Shown here one piece after another: positions 27,642 to 41,656 of a stretch of DNA of 64,000 nt; position 1 is the first letter of the stretch; every line of letters begins with the position of its first letter. The notes under the pieces are model-generated. The model made no database searches, was not told where the DNA came from, and saw only the letters and a program-made list of their open reading frames with translations. Made by a program: the position numbers and the translations under genes. This DNA comes from Eledone cirrhosa (Eukaryota): contig OZ024742.1 in the NCBI GenBank assembly GCA_964016885.1, forward strand, positions 310,124,001 through 310,188,000. The letters are read 5' to 3'.

Positions 27642-28845
27642 CAATATGTTGAAAAGGTAACACACTAGAGAGAGATATACAGTGCGCTATCAATAAAACA
27701 GGGAAAAACCACCAGTGTATTGAATCTATAACCCATGAAAGGCAGACTATAGACACGATAATTAAAAATATAAATTAAAGCGTAAATAAATACCTCTATA
27801 ACTATATAACACACGTACAAATCCAAAGAGATCTGTTTCGCCAGTAAGTTGTTGACAGAAATGGAATAACACCGGTTCTTCAGCGTGTGTAAGGCTATAC
27901 ATTTCAGACAACACTAAGATAATTTTAAAATTGACTGTCCAGCTACACGTGGGAGAGAGAAGTCACAGCGTGTTTAAGGGCAGTAAACCAGTGGCCTCTG
28001 AGGGACGAGCTGCTAGAAAGGGCAGCCCAAAACCACTCAGAGAAGTGTGCTCGACCAAACAGAGAGAGAGAGGAAAGATTGTTATAAGGAGCGAAATATC
28101 ACGATAAATTAACGGAGCCATAGACCCTCGCCATTCCCTGTAAATAATGTGCTCAAAGGAGAAGAAATCCTGAGCTCTTTAAAATACAATATGCTGAAAA
28201 AGTAACACACTAGAGAGAGATATACAGTGCGCTATCAATAAAACAGGGAAAAACCACCAGTGTATGGAATCTATAACCTATGAAAGGCAGACTATAGACA
28301 CGATAATAAAAAATATAAATTAAAGCGTAAATAAATACCTCTATAACTATATAACACACGTACAAATCCAAAGAGATCTGTTTCGCCAGTAAGTTGTTGA
28401 CAGAAATACTGGTTCACTGCCCTTAAACACGCTGTGGCTTCTCTCTCCCACGTGTAGCTGGACAGTCACTTTTAAAATTATCTTAGTGTTGTCTGAACTG
28501 TATAGCCTTACACACGCTGAGTAAACGGGGTTATTCCATTTCTGTCAACAACTTACTGGCGAAACAGATCTCTTTAGATTTGTACGTGTGTTATATTGTT
28601 ATAGAGGTATTTATTTACGCTTTAATTTATATTTTTAATTATCGTGTCTATAGTCTGCCTTTCATAGGTTATAGATTCCATAGACTGGTGGTTTTTCCCT
28701 GTTTATTGATAGCGCACTGTATATCTCTCTAGTGTGTTACCTTTTCAACATATTGTATTTTAAAGAGCTCAGGATTTCTTCTCCTTTGAGCACATTATTT
28801 ACAGGGAATGGCGAGAGTCTATGGCTCCGTTAATTTATCGTGATA
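27636..28845 (-). mobile_element. ORF-less 545-nt HHR-containing tandem element (retrozyme-like, family H3) with inverted 5' segment
   Basis: 27636-27862 is repeated at 28181-28407 (period 545). 28408-28845 is an inverted copy that reads across the unit junction. Both ends lie in (TA)n. Confidence 0.82.
27809..27890 (-). ncRNA. Type I hammerhead ribozyme
   Basis: ACACACG-CTGAAGA-aCCGGT...ACTGGc-GAAACAGATCT-cttt-GGATTTGTA-CGTGTGT: 7-bp stem I, stem II, 8-bp stem III and a GUA cleavage triplet. Confidence 0.85.
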
Positions 28846-28923
28846 TATATATATATTCTTTTACATATATTGATGAAATCATTTAAATCTAATGAAAATA
28901 GGAGGGGCATGACTGTGTTTAGC

Positions 28924-28986
<63 letters not shown>

Positions 28987-28987
28987 G
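28924..28987. repeat. (CTA)n microsatellite
   Basis: Direct. Confidence 0.95.
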
Positions 28988-29247
28988 TGATGGTAGTAGT
29001 AGATGAGGAAGAAACTTTAGCAGAATCATATGTACAAAACAACGCCATCAAGAGATGGCAACATCAATGGACATTTTTTCCAATGCCAACCCACCCGTCT
29101 CTTCAATCTATTTAATTTTTCATTCTTTCCTCTGATGTAGCCCTAGCGTCCGAAACGTTAAGACCCCCTTCCTGCTATTTCAAGCATTAGCCTAATATAT
29201 TCCTTTCACATACTGCACCGATTGAGTTGTTATTTCTGTTTACCTTT

Positions 29248-29371
<124 letters not shown>

Positions 29372-29378
29372 AATATAT

Positions 29379-29649
29379 ATATAAGTATGTATACGTACAT
29401 ACATTTATGTGTACAGACGTACAGTAGTATGTATATATACATACATGCACACATATATATATGTACCATCGACGATGGTTGCCGAACACTGTACGGCGTA
29501 ATTCGGGCTGTTTGTTTACAAACAAACCGAGCATTATAATAAATGTTCGATAAACCCATGCGTACATATATATGTGTGCATGTATGTATATATATACATA
29601 CTACTGTACGTCTGTACACATAATTGTATGTACGTATACATACTTATAT
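29379..29649. repeat. Fold-back: ~85-bp inverted arms, ~100-nt spacer
   Basis: ataagtatgtatacgtacatac..gtgtacagacgtacagtagtatg is mirrored at 29565-29649. Confidence 0.8.
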
Positions 29650-29703
29650 TTAGGTATCAGCCGTACTAAGAGTGAGAAATGAAATTTCGTTTCATTCTAT
29701 TCC

Positions 29704-29781
<78 letters not shown>

Positions 29782-30107
29782 GATATTAACAAATGGAAAC
29801 TATATTTATAAAACCATATCTATTTTATTATACATATTTCAAGGATACCATGTTAAATTATGGTATGCTTTCATCAGACAAAATACAATATATACTAGTT
29901 TTATAAATAAATATTGACATACCCTTACAAAATGCAACCGTTACTTTTGGGAGACATCGGGATAGTGGATTTGTTTACTTATATTAGTAAGTCGTTGTGT
30001 TACAGAGAAGGAAAAAGACGTATATTTACTCCAAATACTTGTCGAGTGCTTTATATCAGCAATAAAAATATTTGCTTGTTGTATCCCAACAATTTAAATA
30101 GAACTTT

Positions 30108-30198
<91 letters not shown>

Positions 30199-30978
30199 AG
30201 AGAGAGAAATAGAGAGAGATGAAGAGGGAGAGAGGGGGAGAAAAGAGAGACAGATTGAAAGATATGGCAGAAGGATGAGTTAATAAAGAAAAGGAGAGTA
30301 CAGGAGCGGAGTAATGTCCTAAAAATATTTCCTAATCAAGAAATTGTTCTATTTCAATTATTTTGCCCCTCGCCTTAATTCTAAACTAAAATCACTTGTC
30401 TTTAGTGTTCCCATAAATCACAGTAAACACACAGAGCTATTAACTATTTAATATATTGTGAAAGCTGGGACATTAACCGGGAATTACAGGTAGGTTAAAC
30501 TACATAAAATATGTCAAGATAACTATTTCTCTGGCTTTTCGAAAGTGATTTGTATATTTGGAGAAGGAAGGGCGTTTTGTAGCTTAACCCATACAAACAC
30601 ATACACACACACATATATAAATATACATACATACATACACATATCTACATCTATTTACACGCGCGCATACATACATACGCAGATTTACACGCGCACACAT
30701 ACACAGCACACACATATATATATAATATATATGCATACGTATATATGCACATACACACACACACACACTCATATATCTATATATATATGTATACATATAT
30801 ACATACATACATACATACATATATACATACATACATACATATATATACATATATATAAACATACATATATATACATATATATGTATTTATATATATGTAT
30901 ATATATATACATATATACATATATATATATGTATGCATATATATATATTTGTATATATATTGTGTATATATATATATA

Positions 30979-31076
<98 letters not shown>

Positions 31077-31529
31077 ACATACACCACAGTGTTCTGAAAA
31101 AAAAATAATTATTTATTGAGGTAAAATAAAAATGAAAAACAAGGAAATAAGAAGACAGAAACTTTCAAGAGAAGAAGAAAATACATATAACAGATAAAAA
31201 ATAAAATAAAAATAAACGACTGCAGAAACCATCAGAGATTTTAAAGAACCAAAGACTCTGAAGAGTTTGACAAACATTTAGAAACTTTTATGATGTTCTG
31301 TAAGACAAAAGAAGCAAATCATTTGTTTCTTTTAGTGTTCTGTAAAGACAGAATGTGCCGCTTGTTCGATTCCATTGGTCATTTGTCGATCAAACTCAGT
31401 TATATAAACAATATATACATATTTAGGTGCAAGGTTTTTTTGAGAAATGCATCAAATTAGTGGTAAAATTTCCATTGATGGGACTTTTACCGTTATTGCT
31501 GAACTAAATGCCGTTTACTGAGGCTACAG

Positions 31530-31743
31530 TTGCTGCTACTGTTGTTGTTGGTGGTGGTGGTGTTATTATTGTAATTGTTGTTGCTGATGTTACTGTTGTT
31601 GCACAGTTATTTTTCTTACAGTTGATGCTGCATTACCCACAATTTTGGCGGTGTTGTTTTTTGTCGTTCCTGTTGTTTTTATCACTGTTGTTGTTTTGAC
31701 TGTTGTTGTCGCTGTTCTTATTATTACTATTGTTATTTTGATT

Positions 31744-31797
<54 letters not shown>

Positions 31798-32278
31798 GTA
31801 GTAGTAGTAGTAGTAGTAGTTGTTGTTGTTGTAGTTCTAGTTGTAGTTGTAGTTGTTGTTGTTGTTGCTGCTGCTCTTGTTATTACTATTGTTGCCTTGA
31901 TTGTAGTAGCAATAGTAGTAGTAGTAGTTGCTATTCTTCTTATTTAGGTTGTAGTAATAGTAGTTGTAGTAGTAGGAGGAGGAGGAGTAGCCGCAGCAGC
32001 AGCAAAAGTAGTATTAGCAGTAGTAGTAGTAACAGTAATAGCAGCAGTAGTAGTAGTAACAGTAATAGCAGAAGTAGTAGTAGTAGCAATAGCAGCAGCA
32101 ATAGTAGTAGTAGTAGTAGTAATAGTAGTAGTAGTAGGAGGAGGAGGAGGAGTAGCCACAGCAGCAGCAAAAGTAGTATTAGCAGTAGTAGTAGTAACAG
32201 TAATAGCAGCAATAGTAGTAGTAACAGTAATAGCAGCAGCAGCAGAAGTAGTAGTAGTAGTAGCAATAACAGCAGCAA

Positions 32279-32314
<36 letters not shown>

Positions 32315-32476
32315 CAGCAGCAACAGTAGTAGTAGTAGCAGTTGTAGTAGCAGCAGCAGTTGTAGTAGCAGTAGTAGTAGCAGCAGGAGCATTTGTAGTA
32401 GTAGAAGTAGTAGTAGTAGCAGCAGTAGTAGTAATAGTAGTAGTTGTTGCTGCTGCTGCTGCTACTGCTGCTGCTT
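31530..32476. repeat. Compound trinucleotide array (GTT/ATT/GTA/GCA)
   Basis: Direct; source of the poly-L/V/Y pseudo-ORFs. Confidence 0.95.
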
Positions 32477-32685
32477 ACATTTGCTCTACTTGACGCCATG
32501 TTTTTTCTATGATGTTTCGTTGTTCTTTTATATCAGTCGCCACGGCCGCCATTGTCGTTACCACCATTGCTGTTTTTATTGTATTGTTGCTATTACATCT
32601 ATTACTGTTTGATTTCTTATGAAATGTTATAGATGTTGCACTTATGGTTGTTTATGGTGGCTATGGTGTTGCTGTTATTTGGTCG

Positions 32686-32866
32686 ATTGGCAGTATCAGT
32701 AGAGAGTTAGACTCCATACTTTGAAGCATAGAGTTACGTCCCTTTACTCAGCATAGAGTTACGTCCGTACCGAGGTTAACTTTGTCTTTTATTCTTACGG
32801 GGTCGATAAAATAAAGTAGTGCACTGGGATAATTGCTGGCCTTGTGCCAAAAATGGAAACAATTAT
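32686..32866 (+). mobile_element. S1 SINE
   Basis: Family match, with a small internal duplication (gcatagagttacgtcc). Confidence 0.8.
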
Positions 32867-33325
32867 TTATAATGCTGGTTTTTCTTTCGCTTCACGTTAG
32901 CCTTGATCAAGCAGACCTATTATCTAAGTCTTCCCAACCATGACCACCACATTCTATATATTTAAAAGTAGGCTGTAAAATGCTTCTTTCAATTGTTACG
33001 AGAATGCTGTGTATTTTAGGGAGATTTGGTTAATATTTCTAGTAAGTCGAGTACTCTGTTTCATCAGCTGAAGTTTTTTTTGTTGTATTATTATTTTTTT
33101 GTAGATGTTTTTAGAGCTAGTTCAAATCTTGTTGTTGTTGCTGTTATTGTTGCTTGTGCTGTTTGTTAAAAGCCTTTGATTGACAGCCTGTTTGAAGACT
33201 TCATTTTGTGTGTCCCTGTGTATGTGTGTCTGTGTGCATTCGTGTGTGTCTGAGTGTATATATGTATGTGTGTGTCTGTATGTGCGTGTGTATGTGGACA
33301 TATGATTTTATAGGATTGTATATTT

Positions 33326-33462
<137 letters not shown>

Positions 33463-33815
33463 TATATGTGTATGCATGTGTTTGTATGTATTTATATGTA
33501 TATATATATGTGTATGCATGTGTTTGTATGTATTTATATGTATATATATATGTATATGAGAGTGTATATATTTATGTATGTGTGTATTATATATAAATAT
33601 CTGTGTGTGAGTGTGTGCTTTTCACTGGTTTCTGTCCAGAGGATGACAAAAAACATTTATTAATTGCCTCGCTCGCTACTTTATATATATAAAAAAATCA
33701 TTTTTACATTTTGGGCGTGTATTTGCCTAATGTTTTCTATGTATGCGAATGTTTGTATTATAATTCATATAGTTTGTGCACGCGTGCACATATATGTGTG
33801 TGTGTAAGCTTGCAG

Positions 33816-33935
33816 ATAAAGATGAACCAAATATTACTTCTTTCATGGTAGAGGAAAATGTTTTTATTCCGAGTATATCAAATGACATTGACAATGTTAC
33901 CATCACATGTTCAAAGTATTTCAAGACAGACAACT
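33816..33935 (+). CDS. Candidate isolated phase 1-1 exon (DKDEPNITSFMVEENVFIPSISNDIDNVTITCSKYFKTDN)
   Basis: ttgcag|AT...ACT|gtatgc, 120 bp, open frame, non-repetitive, two N-x-T sites. The polypyrimidine tract is weak. Confidence 0.3.
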
Positions 33936-34375
33936 GTATGCCTGTTTGTCTCTCGATCAGTGTCAGATGTCCGCGTTTTATATACACTAAAAAATACAAT
34001 TGTATTTTATACATATAAAAAATATTACTCGTTCCAAGCACGGCAATAAAGCCACTAAAATGCAAGTAGTTCTAAAGAAGGGAGAAGGACAAAATAAACT
34101 GAACATAATTCAAGAAGAAAGATGATTGATCTTCCTTTTGAAATTTTGAAAATTGTAGTGGTCAGGAAAGCAAGAAGACGGAAAGGAATTCAATGGGTGA
34201 GATGTGTGGGGGAAGAAATTATCAGAATTGAATTAGCGATTGTATTGAGGTACTTCAATTGTAAATAGACGAGACCTAACCGAAAATCTGGTGCTTCGTT
34301 TAAAATCGCAAAAACAAGGCGACAAATAGGAAAGCTTGTTAGAACAATATATATATATATAAATATATATATATA

Positions 34376-34486
<111 letters not shown>

Positions 34487-34580
34487 GTAGAACACTGGAA
34501 GGTAATATCCGTAGTGGTAGAGCACTCAGTCCATGGGACGAGTTTGGTAGAAGTAGTAACAGAACAGTTAGTTCACCATA

Positions 34581-34621
34581 CCGAGAACAATTGTTTCACC
34601 TTATGCGGATCTTCAGGTCGG
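34581..34621 (-). ncRNA. Minimal type I hammerhead motif (one stem I mismatch)
   Basis: CCGAc-CTGAAGA-tCC-gcataa-GGt-GAAACAATTGTT-cTCGG, with palindromic stem III ACAATTGT. Confidence 0.65.
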
Positions 34622-34901
34622 ACTGGTCATGGTTATATGGAACAGGAAGAACAGCCGTATGAAGGCGCATGCGCAGAAACGGTCACTTCACCCAAGCGAT
34701 ACAAAACCACGGGCGAAAGGTGTAACGGAGATAACTGCGAAAGTCCGGAATAAAATGTTCGAGTTGATTAGAACATTAGAATGTTGTTGTTATTCAATCC
34801 GTAGCTTTGCAGTTATGCAAGAGGTGTTTCCAGACTTGTGGACAACATGAGAAGATTTCATTTCTTAAATTTAGTCAATCGTTATTGCGTAATTTCCTTT
34901 A

Positions 34902-34982
<81 letters not shown>

Positions 34983-34989
<7 letters not shown>

Positions 34990-36849
34990 TAAGAGGAATT
35001 CCAACTTTGTCTGATTTACTCGTTTTATTTACAATCCTTTAAAATATATATAATGGTATTATAATGAAATAGTATGATAGAATATTAAATTCTAAGTGTT
35101 AATTGAACAAGTACTTTCATGCTTTCGCAATCTTCAGGTTCATGATATGTGGTGACAGTCGAGTTTGCAATTTTCAACTGTAATGAGATGGGTAAATTTC
35201 CTACCTTTTATACATTTTATACAGAGAAAAGTGGCTCCAGAATGCAAAGCCCTGTAAACTGTATTTCGACCAATCAGTGTGTAGTTTCACTGAATTACTA
35301 CAGCTGATTGGTTTAAGCGTCACGGCTGGTTGAGCATGCTAACGACCAATAGTCATATCCAACGTATCAATTGTTTTGCTTCTTTTGAAATGATGAAAAT
35401 AGCATTTTCTATTAATCATCACCATCAACATCACTTTTATTATTATTATTATTGTTGTTGTTGTTGTTGTTAGTGGTCGTGGTCATAGCGGTAGTAGAAG
35501 TAATACCCCTAGGCGTTATTACTGTTCATTTAGCTTGGGTTTGAATTTATCAAGAAGATACGAATACCAGGTACAAACGCCTAACAGAACTAAGAGAATT
35601 TTTGCTCAAACAAAAATACCCATCTCTACTTATAGAAAATGGCATACAGCGGGATATAAAAATACCTATACAACAACTTAGAACAACCCAAGGAAGAAGA
35701 AACCAAGAACTGGTCATACCATTTCTAATGACACACAACCCATGTCACCAGAATATCTTCAACACTGCCAAAGCAAACCTACCGATTATTGCTCAAAGTA
35801 ATGAATTAAAAGGCTTAATCACAGATCGATCTTTGACTCTTAGTAAAAGACAGCCAAAAAATTTGAAGCAATTGCTAACAAAAGCAAAGTTTGACCTTAA
35901 CAACAAAGACCAATCATTCACTGTATCTAAATGCAATGATAATCGATGCGGCACATGTCAATCCATACACGCCGGTCAATATATGAAAACAAAAACTGGA
36001 AAAATATTCCCAAATGCAAATATGAACTGCAAAAGCAGAAATCTAATTTACTGCATTAAATGCCCGAATTGTGAAGAACTATATGTCGGTCAAACTGGAA
36101 ATGCACTATCGGAACGTGCACGGGTACACCGTCAACAAATCAGAGACCCAAATGTCCGTCAGATACCCCTAAGCGGCCACCTGGCAACATGTGGTCAGAG
36201 AATATTTATAATATTCCCATTCTACAAATTACACAGCCCAAGTGAAAGCAAGAGAAAAATCAAAGAAAAGAATTTTATTGATAAATTCAAACCCAAGCTA
36301 AATGAACAATAATAACGCCTAGGGGTATTACTTCTACTACCACTATGACCACGACCACTAACAACAACAACAACAACAATAATAATAATAATAAAAGTGA
36401 TGTTGATGGTGATGATTAATAGAAAATGCTATTTTTATCATTTCAAAAGAAGCAAAACAATTGATACGTTGGATATGACTATTGGTCGTTAGCATGCTCA
36501 ACCAGCCGTGACGCTTAAACCAATCAGCTGTAGTAATTCAGTGAAACTACACACTGATTGGTCGAAATACAGTTTACAGGGCTTTGCATTCTGGAGCCAT
36601 TTTTCTCTGTATAAAATGTATAAAAGGTAGGAAATTTACCCATCTCATTACAGTTGAAAATTGCAAACTCGACTGTCACCACATATCATGAACCTGAAGA
36701 TTGCGAAAGCATGAAAGTACTTGTTCAATTAACACTTAGAATTTAATATTCTATCATACTATTTCATTATAATACCATTATATATATTTTAAAGGATTGT
36801 AAATAAAACGAGTAAATCAGACAAAGTTGGAATTCCTCTTATTAATATA
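34983..36849 (+). mobile_element. 5'-truncated PLE, family P2 (Neptune-like Cys linker + GIY-YIG), with 570-bp inverted 5' copy
   Basis: ORF to 36312 has RQPKNLKQLL, CNDNRCGTC and LIYCIKCPNCEELYVGQT..R..H..H..E..PKLN. 34983-35553 mirrors 36278-36849. Confidence 0.93.
36689..36727 (+). ncRNA. Minimal hammerhead (no stem II) in the P2 3' UTR; mirror copy at 35104-35142 (-)
   Basis: TGAAC-CTGAAGA-ttgc-GAAAGCAT-gaaa-GTACTT-GTTCA. Confidence 0.75.
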
Positions 36850-36885
36850 ATCTTCTATACACAATCATACACACCCGTGTATATT

Positions 36886-36973
<88 letters not shown>

Positions 36974-37587
36974 TACCATTTACGTTAAGCTGTTTACCAA
37001 TGGGTAGAACCAATGGTTCGGGTTGGTAAACGATATTGAAACAAATTAATTAAAGCACTCAACGTTATGCAAATCATCCATCGTAGATGTAGATCCAGTG
37101 GTTGGTGCAGGAACTGAGTATTCATTGAAACAACACCAGAAGTTCGGACTGACAAATTTACTTTAGAATTTTAATTCCGCGAAATCGCTATACGTATTTC
37201 GATGGTCTAGCACTATCATCCGATTATGGTGTAAGATAGGGCGATCTCATCAGATGTTATTTGCAAAATTATGTAACAGGATTGCGTTGAACCCAAACAT
37301 TGAATAGAAGATAAGAGATAGAAAAAATAGAAAATAGTGGACTGATTTAATTCGGGGAATGCTCAGTCACCTGCACGTTAATTCAGGCTGTTCCAGTTAT
37401 CAAACAACTGGAACACTCATTGTGGAAACCGCCGGAGATCAAACAACAATATATACGTATTTATACATGGTATCTCCATTTTCTCAAGTATATATATATA
37501 TATATATATACATATATATATACTCATATATATATATATATATATCTATATATATACATACACACACACACACATACACACACACAC

Positions 37588-37633
<46 letters not shown>

Positions 37634-38423
37634 ATACATATACATATATACTTATATGTAAAAATATATATGTGTGTATGTATACGTATACAGACATAAA
37701 TGTATATATGTATATGTATGTATGGGTGTATACATATACACAGACATATGTATGTGTATGTGTGTGTTAGCTGGTATGGTGATATGCATGCAAATGCTGT
37801 TCGTTAATCTTCGTTTGGCTGTTAATTATGTCTATTGGAATTGTCAACACTGGAGTGCAAATTTTCAAAATATATGCGTTAGTTCATTTTGAGGTCGAGG
37901 AAGATCTAGGTCTCCCACTTTGACCCATGTGATGATGTTACCAACATTATTTGTTCTTGGAATGGTAAAGTCTGGACTATTAGACTCATACAAATATCTA
38001 ACTCAGTATCAGACACCGTACTCTACGCACTCACTACATCTCCACATAATTTGCACCCTCAACTCTGCTTAGTTCACAACTGTCATTTCTACTAATTTCA
38101 TCAACATAACGTCTCACCTCCCCTCACTTACCAGCACCAGCACCAACACCAGCACCAGCATTCATCTCCTCACCGAAGGTGATGACGAGGATGAACCTCC
38201 GTCGGTTTCAATGATGAGTTTTTTAGTTCTTCGAACAACAAAACAGCTTGCTCGTGAAATTAACGTAATACTCAAGGAGATAATAAAAGGGGAAAAATTA
38301 CTATTAACTCAGTCAACTACACATGTACACCAGGTCCGAACACAGAGGAATCAAACTCCCACTGTGACCGTCTTCGTCTCTCCCACTCTTCCGCTCTCCC
38401 ACTCTCCCCATCTCTCATTATTC

Positions 38424-38640
38424 GGTGGATTGGCAGTATCGGTAGAGGGTCGGACGCCATGCTTTGCACCATAGAGTTACGGCCCTTTATGATCTGAGTT
38501 CAAATCACGTTGAGGTTAACCTTGCCTTTCATCCTTACGGGGTCGGTAAAATAAAGTACCAGTCAGGCACTGGAGTCAATTTAATGCCCCCCCCCTCTTA
38601 AAAAAATTGCTGGCCTTGTGCCTATATAAGAAACCATTAT
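38424..38640 (+). mobile_element. S1 SINE inserted in an unclassified repeat
   Basis: Family match; the flanks (38290-38830) are homologous to 7600-7911. Confidence 0.85.
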
Positions 38641-39047
38641 TATGAACAAACGGAGGCCCACACGCTGGCCGCCCCACGAACCAGACAGTTAGAATAGATT
38701 AGACGTTTCCACGGAGGATGGTGAGGGAGATGCGCAAGAACATTCCAGCTGGTGAGGCCCACTCCTGCGGGTAGCCACCTCTGTGCCGATGGTGGTGAGT
38801 CGGACGTAATTACGAAGATAATTTCTTAACCATCTGGCCATACTGTGTCCATAATCTCCTCACCACTTCTATTTCATTTACCGCTGAGAATAACAGCAGT
38901 TATATAAAGTATGCACAGAATAAGCAAGTTGGTGGGAGGAATGTTTATTAAATAAACAACAGTGTGACTGTCGGGCCCTAACTTTTAACTATACACACAC
39001 TCTACTTTTCCAGGTATCGAGTACTTAGCTGAATATGGTCTTACTAG

Positions 39048-39103
<56 letters not shown>

Positions 39104-39859
39104 TCTCGCTCATCCTCTCTCTCTCTCACCCTCTCTCTCTCTTTCCCTCTCTCAATCTCCATCTCTTCCTCTCTATCCATCGAAATAAAGTACTATTTAA
39201 CATGGTGAAATGAAAAATTGACCTTAGCGTAATTTGAACACAGAACGCAAAGCCCATAAATATATATAAAAAGTCAGTTTGTCCAACGTTCGATGAATTT
39301 TCCCAATCCATCGGCATTAGAAAGTTAAAGGCAACAGACGATGTGGCAAAATCGGTCTGGACAGGGTTTAAATTTAGATGGTAAAGGAAGCAACTCCCAC
39401 CCTCTCTACCTTCACATCTACTTTCAAGTTGTACGTGAAGAAGTTAGAAATGCAAGAAGACATTATGTCAGTCGCTCTAGCGACTCTACCTATCTACAGT
39501 CACATTAACAACAACAATAATAGTTGTTTTCTGTTTAGTTCCAAGGCCAATTCGAGCCCTGGGAAAAGTCAACTTTACTGACCATGGGACTTAACTGTTA
39601 CTTCATTTTATCCACCCCGGAAAGATGAAAGGTAAAGTTGACCTTAGCGGAATTTGAACTCAGAAGGTAAAGAACCAAGCATTTCGTCCGATGCTCTATC
39701 GGTTCTGCTAATTAAATAATAATACTAGCGCGGCAAAACCCACTGCTGCAGAGTTGTAAATACCGGATTGATGTCAAGCGCAGGGTAGCCCACACCAATA
39801 GAAGGGTCCCTGAGTGTGTTTAGGCAAACACCTCTATATATAGACACTGGTGATTGTGA

Positions 39860-40070
39860 CATATCATCATCACTCTTGCTCTTATTGACTGTAAAGAGAG
39901 GATATGTCGAATTATTGATGTCGTCATTCCTGTAGATGAGAGGATCTACCCAAAAGAAAGGGAGAAAGTTGATAAATATCAGGACCTTAGATTTGAGTCC
40001 AAAGAATATGGAATTCGAAAAAGGTTGAGGTTAAACCAATAGTGAGAGTCATCGGAATTCTGGATCCGGG
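39860..40070 (+). mobile_element. RLE-domain remnant of an R4-like LINE
   Basis: Translates LIDCKERICRIIDVVIPVDERIYPKEREKVDKYQDL (D..P.D....KE.EK..KY). Confidence 0.7.
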
Positions 40071-40166
40071 ACCACTAAAACTGGCTGTTTCATAGTTTCA
40101 TAAACCGCCAGAATAATTCCTATTTAGGTAAATTGTTATTATTACAACCATTTGCGAGGTCCTGGA

Positions 40167-40900
40167 CTGGCAGTGTTGGTAGAGCGTCGGACAACGTGCT
40201 TTGCAGCATAGAGTTACGCCTCTTTATGATCTGCGTACAAATCCTGCCGAGATTAGCTTTGCCTTTTATCCTTATGGAGACGATACAATAAATCATCAGT
40301 AACGCACTGGAGTCGATTTAATAAATTCCACCCCAAATTGTTAGCCTTGTGCCTAAATCAGAAACAAACGGTTGTAATAGCAATTCTTTTTAATTTTAAG
40401 GGTAGATTATTAATAAGTTTGGTTACAATTTTAACGGTGAAATTTGTTTTTCCTATGATGTTCGATGTTTTAAACGAATATTGACTTCATTACGGGTGTA
40501 ATAATTGTTTCTACTCTTGGCACAAGGCCAGCAATCACCCAGTACATTACTGGTACTTTATTTTATCGATCCTGTAAGGATGGAAGGTAAAGTTAACCTC
40601 GGCGGGATTTGAACTCAGAATGACAAAGGCCGTAACTCTATGCCTCAAAGCATGGTGTCCAACTCTCTACCGGTACTGCCAATCCACCGCCCCTAAATCC
40701 GAGTGTAATAATTGTTTCTACTTTTGGCACAAGACCAGTAATTATCCCAGTGTATTACTGGTACTTTATTTTATCGACCTTGTAAGGATGAAATGCAAAG
40801 TTAACCTCGGCGGGATTTGAACTCAGATTATAAAGGGAGGTAACTCTATGCTGCAGAGCATGGTGTCCAACCCTCTACCGATACTACTAATCCACCGCCC
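40167..40900. mobile_element. Three S1 SINEs (40167-40368 +; tandem pair 40499-40691 and 40705-40900 -)
   Basis: Family match; cg(g/a)gtgtaataatt is repeated at both tails of the tandem pair. Confidence 0.85.
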
Positions 40901-40913
40901 TAATTAATTCGTA

Positions 40914-40968
40914 CTGCCTGAAGAGGTCACAGCCAATAATAGCTGTCACTGAAATATATATATAGCAG
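40914..40968 (+). ncRNA. Type I hammerhead (family H4)
   Basis: CTGC-CTGAAGA-GGTcACAGC..GCTGTcACT-GAAATATATATATA-GCAG. Confidence 0.75.
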
Positions 40969-41656
40969 AGAATTTTTAATAAACGAAGCCAAATGTTTGA
41001 CTTACTTATTTGACATTACTCCGGAGTAAACAAACCAGCCTGCGTACCTCGTCGAGTGCTCCAACCTGCATACTGAGGTGCCGGAACCCCCCCCCCCCCC
41101 AATATGTATATGGGTCCGGGTATAATTTTCAATCATATTTTATTATTTGTTTGACCCGAATAGCTTGGTCGCCTCTATGGCTTTGCGGATAATGGTTTAA
41201 CCATCGTCTCAGTATGTTTGGCCTTTCAACGTATGTTATTGCTCTAGTTCACTCGTTTCTATCGAGCGCTTGCCACACATCTCGGAAGTTGTTTTTCGCT
41301 AATTTCCACTAGCCGAAATGCGATTCTCGCTAATTTATATTTGTATTAATCTCCAGAGTCTAGCTATTAACCAGTTAATTTTTTTTATTTTTTTTAGTTA
41401 ATTCTATTGACTTATGTTTATCTTAAAAACTATTCTGTTGAGAGCTTAATTAGTTTTGTGATATTTTGCAATTTTGCGATAACCACACATACTGAATTCA
41501 TCCGCCAAGACTAGGGGTTGTCTCCCTTCTAACCCCCCCCCCCATGTAGGTTCAGATAACGGCCAGTTCCTTAGCTTTGCAGAGGACTAAATGCCTGTTG
41601 AAAAAGTGACTTCCTTGTTCGATCATCATACCAAAAGCTTAACAACATTTGTTTAA

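Noticed and set aside
31370-31410. Reverse CCAAT plus TATATAA as a host promoter
   Set aside because: Such motifs are expected by chance in AT-rich DNA, and there is no linked gene.
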